64,000 bases of DNA, taken from assembly GCA_009784275.1 (NCBI GenBank), contig WRCA01000002.1:4783-68782 (forward strand), in the 5' to 3' direction. This document shows, piece by piece, positions 28,222-37,499 of the stretch. Position 1 is the stretch's first letter. The number at the start of each line of letters is the position of its first letter. This stretch comes from Alphaproteobacteria bacterium (GTDB lineage Bacteria; Pseudomonadota; Alphaproteobacteria; Rs-D84). The translations under genes and the position numbers were made by a program. Under the pieces are notes generated by a model that worked only from the letters and a program-made list of their open reading frames with translations, searched no databases and was not told the DNA's origin.

Positions 28222-28410
28222 TCTTTCATATGTCTATACAGTGTCTATACATGCGGCAGAAAACCGGGTAAAAACCGAATCGGACGCAAGAAAAAAAATT
28301 TGAAAAAATCCCTTAAAAAAATTTGCTATTGGTTTTTTTTGCGATAACTTCCTTGTCGTAAGAATGTGTTTGACCAAAATCTCTTTCAATGGAAGGAAAG
28401 GAGGATTGTG

Positions 28411-29688
28411 ATGCGGGTAGCAGTGCAGACAAGAACGTCGGTAACTCCGGCGATTATAAGAGAGCTTGTCGCAGCAAAAATGCCGCCCGCCGCATTTGAA
28501 TCCTGGATCGCCCCTTTGAAAATTTCTGTCTTTGAAAATACCCTTAATATAATCGCGCAAAATCAATTCTCTGCAGACTTTATCAAAAGAACTTATCTTA
28601 ATATTTTGGAATCGGTTGCGGGCGAATGCGGGCTGTTTTTGTTCGTCGGCGTCGGACGCGCGACGCAGACAGTCGATGCGTCTGTTAATGATAATGCTAT
28701 GGCTGAATTTCATCTGGCAAAAAATTCTCCTGCATCTGCTGGCTTTGATGATTTCATTGTTTCAGAAGAAAATTCTTTTGCTGTATCGGCGGCGAAAAAA
28801 TTGGCATCCGGCGCGGTTAATTTTTCTCCGCTGTTTATATATGGTGCGCCGGGATCGGGAAAAACATTGCTGGCAAATTGCATTGATTCATCGACATCTG
28901 CGCGGACTTTGATGATGACTGGTGCGCGGTTTGTTTCAGAATTTTTGCGGGCTATAAACGAAAGGTCAGTTTTTGCATTCAAAGACTTATGCCGTAATTG
29001 CGATATGTTTATCATGGATGATATGCAAGCATTGGCGGGCAAGCGCGCTTGTATGGATGAATTTTTATCATTGCTTATGGATTTGATAAAAGACGGAACG
29101 AATGTCGTTCTGACGGCGAATGCCGCGCCCGGTGCGTTGGGTGGGTTTGATCGCCGTATGCAGTCTGTCTTTGCAAGTGGTTTGGTTGTTGATCTGGCGC
29201 TGCCTTCAAAAGCTGTTCGCCATACGATGTTGCTGCGCGCAGGCGTGCCATTGGATGTTGCGGATGATTTGGCACCGCGTGTTTCGGCAAATGGACATTT
29301 AATTGCGGGTGTTGCAAAAAAGATTGCGGCTTATACAGAATTAATGGGAAGTGGAATTAATGCAGAAATCGCGGGATCTTTGCTGGCGGATACATTGCAA
29401 AAAAATAAAACTCCGCTGTCGATGGTCCGCGCTATGTGTGAAAAAATGGGTGTCTCTTTTGATGAAGTGTGTTCTGCATCACGCATGCGTGCAGTTGTGC
29501 GGTCCCGTCAGATAATGATGTTCGCGTTAAAGTCGACAACGAAATTGTCGCTGGCGGAAATAGGACGCTTGATCGGAGATCGCGATCATGCAACTGTGTT
29601 ATACGGAATTGCACAGATTGAAAGGTCGCGTAAAACGGATCTGATGTTGAATGCAGAAATCGACCAGATGATAATTGAATGTAAATAA
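28411..29688 (+). CDS. dnaA: chromosomal replication initiator DnaA (divergent)
   Basis: N-terminal ESWIAPL / FSADFIKRTYLN, Walker A GAPGSGKTLL, Walker B MDDMQ, sensor/box VII region, C-terminal DHATVLYG DNA-binding signature; GGAGG RBS before the ATG at 28411. Confidence 0.8.
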   Translation: MRVAVQTRTSVTPAIIRELVAAKMPPAAFESWIAPLKISVFENTLNIIAQNQFSADFIKRTYLNILESVAGECGLFLFVGVGRATQTVDASVNDNAMAEFHLAKNSPASAGFDDFIVSEENSFAVSAAKKLASGAVNFSPLFIYGAPGSGKTLLANCIDSSTSARTLMMTGARFVSEFLRAINERSVFAFKDLCRNCDMFIMDDMQALAGKRACMDEFLSLLMDLIKDGTNVVLTANAAPGALGGFDRRMQSVFASGLVVDLALPSKAVRHTMLLRAGVPLDVADDLAPRVSANGHLIAGVAKKIAAYTELMGSGINAEIAGSLLADTLQKNKTPLSMVRAMCEKMGVSFDEVCSASRMRAVVRSRQIMMFALKSTTKLSLAEIGRLIGDRDHATVLYGIAQIERSRKTDLMLNAEIDQMIIECK

Positions 29689-29716
29689 AAATCGCCGCGT
29701 TCGCGGCGATTTTTAT
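29687..29716. terminator. bidirectional terminator AAAAATCGCCGCG-TT-CGCGGCGATTTTT
   Basis: Between convergent dnaA and pgsA. Confidence 0.8.
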
Positions 29717-30306
29717 TTCTTAATTTTCTTTTTAAAGTCCAGTGTGTAATTTACCGCTGACCACAGGCTGGTGCCCATTGCAATCCACAGTCCATATATT
29801 GCGATAAACGGCAGTATATAGATAATGAACATTATTATGCGGCTGGTCATCCCTGGTGTTAATGAAGAACCCAACGCGAACATAAACAAGAATGCGCCAA
29901 TGGCAATAACTTGCAAAGTGTTCTTTATTTTAACCAGCGAAAAGCGCGGGTTCGGAACAGGCAGTCCAACTTTCTGATCCCCCAAGGCTTCGCGAAGGCC
30001 GCTGACATAAATCTCACGTCCTATCATCAAAAGCGCCGGTACGAACACAAACCAGGCATGCAGCATGACGGATATCATAACCAGCATGTTCACGACCAAG
30101 AACTTATCAGCGATATGATCAAGCACTGCGCCGACCTTGCTGACGACTTTGTATTTTTTTGCAAGCCAGCCATCAAAGAAATCGCTGATAGCTGCCAATG
30201 TAAATACAATAAATGCCAGCCAGTACATTTGATACATCAGCATCGGAACAATGGCAAACGCTGCCAGAATTCTGAATATTGATAAAGAGTTTACGAATGT
30301 CTTCAT
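29713..30306 (-). CDS. pgsA: CDP-diacylglycerol--glycerol-3-phosphate 3-phosphatidyltransferase
   Basis: CDP-alcohol phosphatidyltransferase motif DFFDGWLAKK...GAVLDHIADK. Confidence 0.85.
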   Translation of the reverse strand: MKTFVNSLSIFRILAAFAIVPMLMYQMYWLAFIVFTLAAISDFFDGWLAKKYKVVSKVGAVLDHIADKFLVVNMLVMISVMLHAWFVFVPALLMIGREIYVSGLREALGDQKVGLPVPNPRFSLVKIKNTLQVIAIGAFLFMFALGSSLTPGMTSRIIMFIIYILPFIAIYGLWIAMGTSLWSAVNYTLDFKKKIKK

Positions 30307-30447
30307 CTTTTTTCTCCTGTGTTAGAAGTTTGTTGCAACAGAACGATGCATCCTCACGACGCGCATTACGATTTTTTGCTTACGCCGCAAAAAACCTAAT
30401 GCTTATACGCTCGGATTCATTTTGAATCCTTTTTTTGTGCCCTGTAA

Positions 30448-30984
30448 TTATATCACTTTTTTGTATCTTTTTATACTATCCATTATTATTTTGTCGGCTT
30501 TTTCACGGTTGCCCCATCCGATGACTTTTGACCAAGATTTTGGCTCCAGGTCTTTGTAGTGTTGAAAGAAGTATTCAATCTTGGCCTTTAAAATCGGTGG
30601 CAGTTGGTCGATGAAATGGGAGTTTGTATGAAATGGGTCAACTTTGTCCGTTGGAACGCAGATAATCTTCTCGTCTCCGCCGGCATTGTCTTTCATCAAT
30701 AGAACTCCGATTGGGCGAACTTCAATTAAAACTCCGGGACGCAAAGCGGCGTTGCAGACAACTACGCAGTCAAGCGGATCGCCATCATCACCCAACGTTC
30801 CGGGGAAATAACCATAGTTCGCGGGATAGGCCAGGGGAGTGTGCAAGATTCTATCAACGCGCAGCAAGCCGGTTTCTTTATCAATTTCATATTTCACAGT
30901 TCCATTTTCCGGTACTTCAATAATAGCGGTCATAATTTTCGGCGGCTTTGCCCCCGGCGATAATTTTTCGATTGGCATTCTCAT
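30448..30984 (-). CDS. ppa: inorganic pyrophosphatase
   Basis: Family I PPase blocks (EIPxGS, KYEIDKETG, DGDPLD). Confidence 0.9.
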   Translation of the reverse strand: MRMPIEKLSPGAKPPKIMTAIIEVPENGTVKYEIDKETGLLRVDRILHTPLAYPANYGYFPGTLGDDGDPLDCVVVCNAALRPGVLIEVRPIGVLLMKDNAGGDEKIICVPTDKVDPFHTNSHFIDQLPPILKAKIEYFFQHYKDLEPKSWSKVIGWGNREKADKIIMDSIKRYKKVI

Positions 30985-31135
30985 TCCTTTTTATTGCTCA
31001 CCCCCAGGATATCACAAAAAATATGCGAATCGTAGGGGCGGGAAACCTTCTGGCTTTTGTTTGTAAAACGTCTTGACAAATATATTATGTAGTTTACAAT
31101 CCTAAAAATATTATTTGTCAATAAGGAATTCTGGT

Positions 31136-31453
31136 ATGTCAAAATTCAAATGCACTCATTGCGGAGATTGCTGCACTCTGGCCCCGTTCGAGGAAGTGGA
31201 AAAAGACAGAGTTTTAAGGTTTTATAATATAGAATTTGTGCGGTCGGCGACCCCTGGCGGACATATATTTTATTTATTGAAAGCCGCTGTTGAGACATCC
31301 AGGTGTCCTTTTTTCGTAAAAAATGAAAATGGCTGGGGCAAGTGCGAAATTTATGACATCAGGCCGAAAATTTGCCGAGGATTCGGGAAAGGCCCAAAAG
31401 ATATGTCTTGCCCGCATATCAAAAGATCCAATAAAAGAAATTTTCAGAAATAA
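31136..31453 (+). CDS. YkgJ/UPF0153-family Cys-cluster protein (CxxCxxCC)
   Basis: MSKFKCTHCGDCCT... plus a second Cys cluster; TTGACA-16-TACAAT promoter at 31073-31100. Confidence 0.6.
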   Translation: MSKFKCTHCGDCCTLAPFEEVEKDRVLRFYNIEFVRSATPGGHIFYLLKAAVETSRCPFFVKNENGWGKCEIYDIRPKICRGFGKGPKDMSCPHIKRSNKRNFQK

Positions 31454-31565
31454 AGTCCGCCGTTTGGCGGTTTTTTCTTTTCGCTTATGCAATCAATATT
31501 TCTGTCAAACAACTTGACGAATTAAAATATTATGCTATATTTTAGGCACACAAAAAGAGTTATTT

Positions 31566-31937
31566 ATGAATCACGAAGATACTATTTGTAATGGTTGTTT
31601 AAATGCGAAAATACCTAGATTTGGCTGTGGCGCGAAACTTGGTTATTCATGCGGATATAATTTCAGAAACTTGTCTGAATCCAAACTGTCCTGTACTGAT
31701 AAAAAGATTTACCTCGGGACGTCGTCATATTGTAACTATGGCGGCGGGCATTTTGGCAATTTTAAAAATAATTTTCCAGAGCCTTGTGTTAATTGTCAAT
31801 CAAACCAATATTCTGCCGGCCCGGGCGAAGACCGGATTGATTATCATGACTGTGTGCATCCGGAAGTAACTTTCTTCATGATAGAAGACCTGAAGGCAGG
31901 GCGTTTGGAAATATGTCCGTTTCAGAGCGTAAAATAA
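31566..31937 (+). CDS. hypothetical Cys-rich small protein (123 aa, 14 Cys)
   Basis: ORF track. Confidence 0.45.
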   Translation: MNHEDTICNGCLNAKIPRFGCGAKLGYSCGYNFRNLSESKLSCTDKKIYLGTSSYCNYGGGHFGNFKNNFPEPCVNCQSNQYSAGPGEDRIDYHDCVHPEVTFFMIEDLKAGRLEICPFQSVK

Positions 31938-31947
31938 GGATACGAAG

Positions 31948-32319
31948 ATGAGATATAATTCGCCTGAAGAAAAAGTAACAAAGAGAATAAGAAATTGGGG
32001 CGTGGGATTATTTGCCACCGGTGTCATTGCATTTTTTGTTGCGATCGGGCTTGATATAGTCGGCCAGCAAAATGAGATGGATGCGAAACTTGCAAAATTA
32101 GAAACGGGCGTTTCTGACGGTATGTTCTTGAGGGGGGTAGAAGACTCATTTGATATCGCTTATAGAGAAGATATGAAAAAAGTAGCTAAAAATTTATCTG
32201 AAAAATCTGAAAAGCAAAGAACTGCCGCATTGTGGACTTTGTATTCAAGCCTTTTTCTGATGGGCACGGGCGGGACAGGGCTTTTTATCGCACATCAACG
32301 CAAAAAGAATGGGATGTAG
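31948..32319 (+). CDS. hypothetical membrane protein (2 TM)
   Basis: ORF track; hydrophobic helices. Confidence 0.45.
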   Translation: MRYNSPEEKVTKRIRNWGVGLFATGVIAFFVAIGLDIVGQQNEMDAKLAKLETGVSDGMFLRGVEDSFDIAYREDMKKVAKNLSEKSEKQRTAALWTLYSSLFLMGTGGTGLFIAHQRKKNGM

Positions 32320-32323
32320 GGAA

Positions 32324-32611
32324 ATGAAGAATTTTAAAAATTATGCACTTATCTTATTCGCCAGCTTGATTATGTCGGGTTGTGCTGATTTATGTAAAAA
32401 TCTAGATACATCAATAAAAGTCGAAGAAGAAGCATATAACGATTATAAAGAGAGCTATGAAATGCTGATGGGTGAAAAAGCAGCAACTAATAATCCAAGA
32501 ATGATACAATTTTATGATGGACAAGCTAAAAACGCTGAATTCCAAATGAAACAAGCACGAGAAAATATAAGAGCATTTAAGAAAACGAAAAAAGATTGCA
32601 ACTGTAAATAA
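32324..32611 (+). CDS. small lipoprotein (IMSGCAD lipobox), ends ...KKDCNCK
   Basis: ORF track trimmed to MKNFKNYALILFASLIMSGC. Confidence 0.45.
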   Translation: MKNFKNYALILFASLIMSGCADLCKNLDTSIKVEEEAYNDYKESYEMLMGEKAATNNPRMIQFYDGQAKNAEFQMKQARENIRAFKKTKKDCNCK

Positions 32612-32623
32612 AAAAGGTAGATC

Positions 32624-32908
32624 ATGAAAAACAGAAATTTGGTTAATAATGTGAAGAGTTTTGTATTGCTTACATTAATCGATGCAGCAGCGCTTGTTCC
32701 GGTTATTTTATTTCCTTGTAATGGTGCTATATCAAAAGGTGCGCTTATTGCGCTTTGCATAGGAACTCCGTTAGTTTCCGGTGCTATGACGCAAGGACTT
32801 ATTTCAATTGGGGGTTTAACTGACACTGTTGCTTCGGGGTTTGATGCTGTTTTTATAAACCCTGTAAAAAAACTGGCTAATAAAATTTATAGCGGAAAGC
32901 CGAGATAA
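32624..32908 (+). CDS. small membrane protein (94 aa)
   Basis: ORF track; two or three hydrophobic helices. Confidence 0.45.
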   Translation: MKNRNLVNNVKSFVLLTLIDAAALVPVILFPCNGAISKGALIALCIGTPLVSGAMTQGLISIGGLTDTVASGFDAVFINPVKKLANKIYSGKPR

Positions 32909-32936
32909 AAAATCCCGCTTTCGCGGGATTTTTTAC
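32906..32936. terminator. bidirectional terminator AAAAAATCCCGC-TTTC-GCGGGATTTTTT
   Basis: Between convergent genes. Confidence 0.8.
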
Positions 32937-34051
32937 ATTCTTATTGGCATCAAGACATACAATGAATCCGTTTTCTTTTCCTTGGACTTCATAATAGTCG
33001 GGCTTAACGGATCTTGCATTTCGATTTGGAACTTGTCCCCTTCGACCTGGGCCGCGATATCCAGCAAGAACTTTACATTAAACGCAATCGCAAATGTTTC
33101 ATCGCCATTGTATTCAACATCTATTTCTTGTGTCGCAGCGCCGGCATCCGGGCTGGATGCGCTGATAACCAATTTGTTCATAGAAAATTCCAATACTACG
33201 GACTTTGTTCTATCCTGGCTGGCAACCGATACCAAGTCAACCGCGGATACGAACTGCTTTCTGTCCAAGATCGCGATTTTATCATTACCTTTTGGAATCA
33301 CCACGCGGTAGTTCGGATACTGCGCATCGACCAACTTGCTGGTAAGCGTTGCGCTGCCCACTGTAAAACGTGCCTTGGTATCCGACAATTCAACCGTGAC
33401 ATCATCAACTGTTGCGTCTTCCAGCAATTTCGAAAGTTCCCCGATGACGCGGCGTGGCAGAATTACAGATGGCATTTCGGCAGAACCCTCTGGCGCCGGC
33501 ATCAAGCACATAGCCATACGCTGGGAGTCTGTTGCAACCGCCGTAAGCATTTTGTTTTTGCCTTCTTCGGTTATGTGAAAATAAATTCCGCCCAAGTGAT
33601 AACGCACATCATCGGTTGGGATCGCGAATTTCGTTTGGTTAATCAGATGCGCCAGGTCGCCAGTTGTCATCTGGAACTTTGTTGTCAGATTTGCATTCGC
33701 CATCATCGGGAAGTTTTCCGCCGGCAATGTTGGCAGTCTGAACACTGCGCGTCCGCTGGACACAACCAGCTGGTCGCCCGCTTGTTTGAACTTTATTTCC
33801 GAATCTTCGGGCAGCTTGCGCGCGATATCATACAGCATCTGCACAGGTACCGTGATTTTTCCAGGCAGTGTGATATCCGCCGCGACATGTTCTATCAATT
33901 CCAGGTCGACATTGGTCGCAGACAGCACCAAATCATCTTTGACCTCTATCTTGACGTTCATCAAAATCGGCAGGGTTGCGCGCTTTTCAACAATAGACTG
34001 CATATGGCCGAGAGTCTTGATTAAAACCTGGCGAAATACTGAAAATTCCAT
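32933..34051 (-). CDS. dnaN: DNA polymerase III beta sliding clamp
   Basis: 372 aa, three-domain clamp pattern, N-terminal MEFSVFRQVLIKTL... Confidence 0.9.
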   Translation of the reverse strand: MEFSVFRQVLIKTLGHMQSIVEKRATLPILMNVKIEVKDDLVLSATNVDLELIEHVAADITLPGKITVPVQMLYDIARKLPEDSEIKFKQAGDQLVVSSGRAVFRLPTLPAENFPMMANANLTTKFQMTTGDLAHLINQTKFAIPTDDVRYHLGGIYFHITEEGKNKMLTAVATDSQRMAMCLMPAPEGSAEMPSVILPRRVIGELSKLLEDATVDDVTVELSDTKARFTVGSATLTSKLVDAQYPNYRVVIPKGNDKIAILDRKQFVSAVDLVSVASQDRTKSVVLEFSMNKLVISASSPDAGAATQEIDVEYNGDETFAIAFNVKFLLDIAAQVEGDKFQIEMQDPLSPTIMKSKEKKTDSLYVLMPIRM

Positions 34052-34145
34052 AACTAATTCCTTTATTTACTATATATCTGGGTGAAATTTTACAAAAATC
34101 GGCGATTCGGAGCAAGAGTAAAAAAACCGGCAAAAGCCGGATTTT

Positions 34146-35036
34146 TTATTTACGGTTCAAATACGCCACGGCGTCCATTGCGCAGTCGCATCCCGTCCCG
34201 ACCGCGGTCGCGATTTGCATCTTTAGCCCTGAACGGACATCGCCCGCAACAAACATGCCCGCTGGCAATTCTTCGGGGATTAATCGGCCAAGTTCATCAC
34301 GTTTTATAGATTCAGGCAGATAATCAGTATTTGCTTCGTGCCCAATCGCGACAAAGACCCCGTCGCAGTCGATTTTATCACCACCGGTCGTGGTTGCAAA
34401 TGTCACACCCGAATCGTCGCCGCCGACCTCTGCTAATTCGGTGTTCCACATAACGAATATATTCTCGGTTGCATTTACTCGGTCGATCAAGACTTTTTCT
34501 GCGCGCGCGAATGAATCCTTGCGATAAAGAATTTTGACAGATTTCGCAATATTCGCAAGATACAGCGCGTCGTTTAATGCCGAATTTCCACCGCCAATCA
34601 CCAAGATATTTCTGCCACTGTAAAAGAATCCATCGCAAGTCGCACAGTATGAAACCCCACGTCCCATAAATTCGCGGGTTCCTGCAATTTCAAGTTTCCG
34701 TGGGCTGGCGCCGGTCGCGATAATAACCGCGCGTGATTCATATTCTTTACCATCGTCTGTAATAACTGCAAATCCGGATTCTTTGTTTTTAATAACTTTT
34801 ACGCTGGCGAAAATAACCTTTGCGCCGAACATTTCGGCTTGGGATTTCATTTTTTCAGAAAGGGCTGCGCCGCTGCCCAAGAATCCCGGATAATTTTCCA
34901 ATTCCGCAATTGTCGACATTTGTCCGCCCAGGGTATTACCGCCCAGCACTAGGGTGCTTTTCCCGGCACGCGCGCAATACAAAGCCGCCGTTAATCCGCC
35001 AGGCCCGGAACCCAGAATTATAACATCATTCATCAT
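34146..35036 (-). CDS. trxB: thioredoxin reductase
   Basis: FAD motif GSGPGG; redox-active CATCDG. Confidence 0.9.
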   Translation of the reverse strand: MMNDVIILGSGPGGLTAALYCARAGKSTLVLGGNTLGGQMSTIAELENYPGFLGSGAALSEKMKSQAEMFGAKVIFASVKVIKNKESGFAVITDDGKEYESRAVIIATGASPRKLEIAGTREFMGRGVSYCATCDGFFYSGRNILVIGGGNSALNDALYLANIAKSVKILYRKDSFARAEKVLIDRVNATENIFVMWNTELAEVGGDDSGVTFATTTGGDKIDCDGVFVAIGHEANTDYLPESIKRDELGRLIPEELPAGMFVAGDVRSGLKMQIATAVGTGCDCAMDAVAYLNRK

Positions 35037-35157
35037 TTTCCCTTTATTAGCTGAAAGAGCATAGCAGAAAAAAAGAAGGGGGAAAAGGGAAAAGAAAATA
35101 ATTTGACAAATTATGGGGTTTGTTTAAAATGAACAAGATTTTTTAAAGGAAAAGTTA

Positions 35158-35409
35158 ATGCTTCATATTGATCCGAGAGATAAACTTGTAAATAAAAAAG
35201 TATTTCACGCATGGCTGGTTGTTGCTGGTGTTGTTGTGATGGCTATTTTATATCGATTATGCGACCGCAATGGCCTTTTACCAAAAGAAAACGAAGACAG
35301 AATGCATAATTCCGATACAAATTCAACAGGACAAGATAGTGTCAGCAAAGAAACTACCCAACCATTCGATTACTCGCAATTTTTTGGAGAGCTTGGGAAA
35401 AGTAGGTAA
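35158..35409 (+). CDS. small hypothetical membrane protein (83 aa)
   Basis: ORF track; TTGACA-16-TAAAAT promoter upstream; terminator downstream. Confidence 0.4.
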   Translation: MLHIDPRDKLVNKKVFHAWLVVAGVVVMAILYRLCDRNGLLPKENEDRMHNSDTNSTGQDSVSKETTQPFDYSQFFGELGKSR

Positions 35410-35436
35410 AAAAACCCGCGAAAGCGGGATTTTTTA
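35408..35436. terminator. bidirectional terminator AAAAAAACCCGC-GAAA-GCGGGATTTTTT
   Basis: Between convergent genes. Confidence 0.8.
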
Positions 35437-36000
35437 TTTTGCACGCTCTACATACTCCAGCGTTTCGGTATTAACCACTATCTTTTCGCCCATTTCAACA
35501 AAGACTGGAACCGAGACGCGAACGCCATTATCCAAGATCGCGGGCTTGCCGCCGCCGGCCGCAGTTTGGCCTTTTAATGCAGGCTCGGTTTCTTCCACGA
35601 TTGCAATTACTGTTTTCGGTAACGAAATTGAAACCGGGTGGCCTTCGACAAAATTTGCCTTTACCTTCATTTCAGGCTGCAAAAATTTTACCTGTTCGCC
35701 CAATGCGTCATTCGGCATTGTAAATTGTTCATAATCATTAAGGTTCATAAAGTACGAATCGGTGCCATCGCTGTACAAAAACTGGCATTCGATATCCTCG
35801 ACCATCAATTTCTCAACTTTATCTTCTGAACGCCAACGGTCGCCGCCTTTGTTCCCAGTATCGATATCACGCAAGTCTGCCTGGACGAACGCGCCGCCTT
35901 TACCAGGTTTGACTTTTGTTATCGATGTTATGGAATACCTTTTGCCATTGTGGGAAATAACCCAACCCACGCGCATGTCATTTGCGGAATAACTTGCCAT
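35434..36000 (-). CDS. efp: elongation factor P
   Basis: 188 aa, KPGKGGAFV (conserved Lys loop). Confidence 0.9.
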   Translation of the reverse strand: MASYSANDMRVGWVISHNGKRYSITSITKVKPGKGGAFVQADLRDIDTGNKGGDRWRSEDKVEKLMVEDIECQFLYSDGTDSYFMNLNDYEQFTMPNDALGEQVKFLQPEMKVKANFVEGHPVSISLPKTVIAIVEETEPALKGQTAAGGGKPAILDNGVRVSVPVFVEMGEKIVVNTETLEYVERAK

Positions 36001-36051
36001 ATTAACACCTCTTGTTGTAACCCGCGGATTATAAAGAAAAATAGCGGCTTG

Positions 36052-37452
36052 TCAATGAAAGTGCGCGTAAATCTTTTGCGCGACAGCTTTTGAAATTCCA
36101 GGCGCACGCGCCAAATCAGCCGGCGAAGAATCCGCAATTTGCCGGACAGACCCGAAATGATGCAGCAAAGCCCGTTTGCGCGCAGCGCCAATTCCTTCGA
36201 TTTCATCCAATGCACTGGTAATTGCAGACTTTGCACGTGTGCGACGATGAAATGAAATTGCAAACCTGTGCGCCTCATCACGGACGCGGCGCAGCAGCAG
36301 AAAAATCGGAGAATCTTTGGACAAGTTTCGTTCTATCTTGCCATCTGGCATAATAAAGTGCTCGTCCCCGTCACGGACTTCGCCCTTGGTAATTCCCAGC
36401 ACGATAACCGAATCGTCCAGGACTTTTTTTGCGATATTCCATTGGGCTTTGCCGCCGTCGACAATGACCAGACCGGATGCTTTGCTGCGTTTTAAAAACT
36501 CTTCCATCATGCTGATGTCATTACCGGCACGAGCATTATCACGCAGCTTGAAATGCCTGTATTCGGATTTTATAAATCCAGTGCGGTCAAAGACCACCAT
36601 CGCGCCAACTGGATTTTTCCCAAACAAGTGCGAATTATCAAAAACTGAAACCCGTTCAATCTTGAACCCCAGCCAGTTTTCCAGCGCATCAAATGATTTC
36701 ATCCAATCGGGGCCTGGGTTTTTATCCGAACGTTTGCCACTTTTTATAGTTGCTGACAAGTCAGAAATTTTATCGCGCAACTCTGCGGCCAATTCATAAT
36801 TCATTTGATTGCTGGCGGCGGTCATTTGTTCAGATAATTCTTTTACCGCCGACTGGGTATCGCCAGATAAAATCTTTCGGGCAAGTTTTACATTCTGGTC
36901 ATAAGTGCCTTTATCTTTATTTATACACGGCGCGGAACATCTGCCGATTTGATGCAGCAGGCAAGGGCGCGCGCGGTTATTCATAAATGAATCCGTGCAA
37001 GTTCTTACTTGGCAGACTTTTTGGATTTGCTTTATTGCGCTGTTCAGTGCACTGACCGAAGGATAAGGGCCGAATACATCTTTTTTCTGAACGGGACGTG
37101 CGCGGAATTTCACAAGGTGTGGAAATTCATGCCCCGTCAGCATCAGCATCGGGTACATTTTGCCATCTGTCAGAATAATATTATATTTCGGCTTTTGGGT
37201 TTTTATCAAATGCTCTTCCAAAACCAGCGCATCAGATTCAGTAGCCGTTGTTGTCCATTCCACGCGCGCGACCAGGCTGCGCATCACCCTTTTATGCCAT
37301 TCCAATTTAGATATGTCATTATATTGTTTCAGCCGAGCGTTCAAATTCTTGGCCTTGCCGACGTACAACAACATTCCATCGGCGTCATACATAAGATAGA
37401 CACCCGGTGCTTTGGGACTATTTTCAATAAGGCTTGAGAATTGAATAATCAT
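36052..37452 (-). CDS. uvrC: excinuclease ABC subunit C, compact form (466 aa)
   Basis: N-terminal GIY-YIG (GVYLMYD...YVGKAKNL), Cys cluster, UVR-like helical hairpin (YELAAELRDKI), C-terminal EndoV-like and HhH (IEGIGAARKRALL). Confidence 0.75.
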   Translation of the reverse strand: MIIQFSSLIENSPKAPGVYLMYDADGMLLYVGKAKNLNARLKQYNDISKLEWHKRVMRSLVARVEWTTTATESDALVLEEHLIKTQKPKYNIILTDGKMYPMLMLTGHEFPHLVKFRARPVQKKDVFGPYPSVSALNSAIKQIQKVCQVRTCTDSFMNNRARPCLLHQIGRCSAPCINKDKGTYDQNVKLARKILSGDTQSAVKELSEQMTAASNQMNYELAAELRDKISDLSATIKSGKRSDKNPGPDWMKSFDALENWLGFKIERVSVFDNSHLFGKNPVGAMVVFDRTGFIKSEYRHFKLRDNARAGNDISMMEEFLKRSKASGLVIVDGGKAQWNIAKKVLDDSVIVLGITKGEVRDGDEHFIMPDGKIERNLSKDSPIFLLLRRVRDEAHRFAISFHRRTRAKSAITSALDEIEGIGAARKRALLHHFGSVRQIADSSPADLARAPGISKAVAQKIYAHFH

Positions 37453-37499
37453 AATAATTATGATACAATTCGGAAAGAAAAAAGCAAATGGGGATTAAA

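Noticed and set aside
28234-28713. 159-aa minus-strand ORF spanning the dnaA upstream region and start
   Set aside because: It overlaps the dnaA N-terminus and the intergenic control region. It has no RBS and is low complexity.
33014-34024. 336-aa plus-strand ORF antisense to dnaN
   Set aside because: It fully overlaps a high-confidence dnaN. The composition is Arg/Cys/His-rich nonsense typical of an antisense frame.
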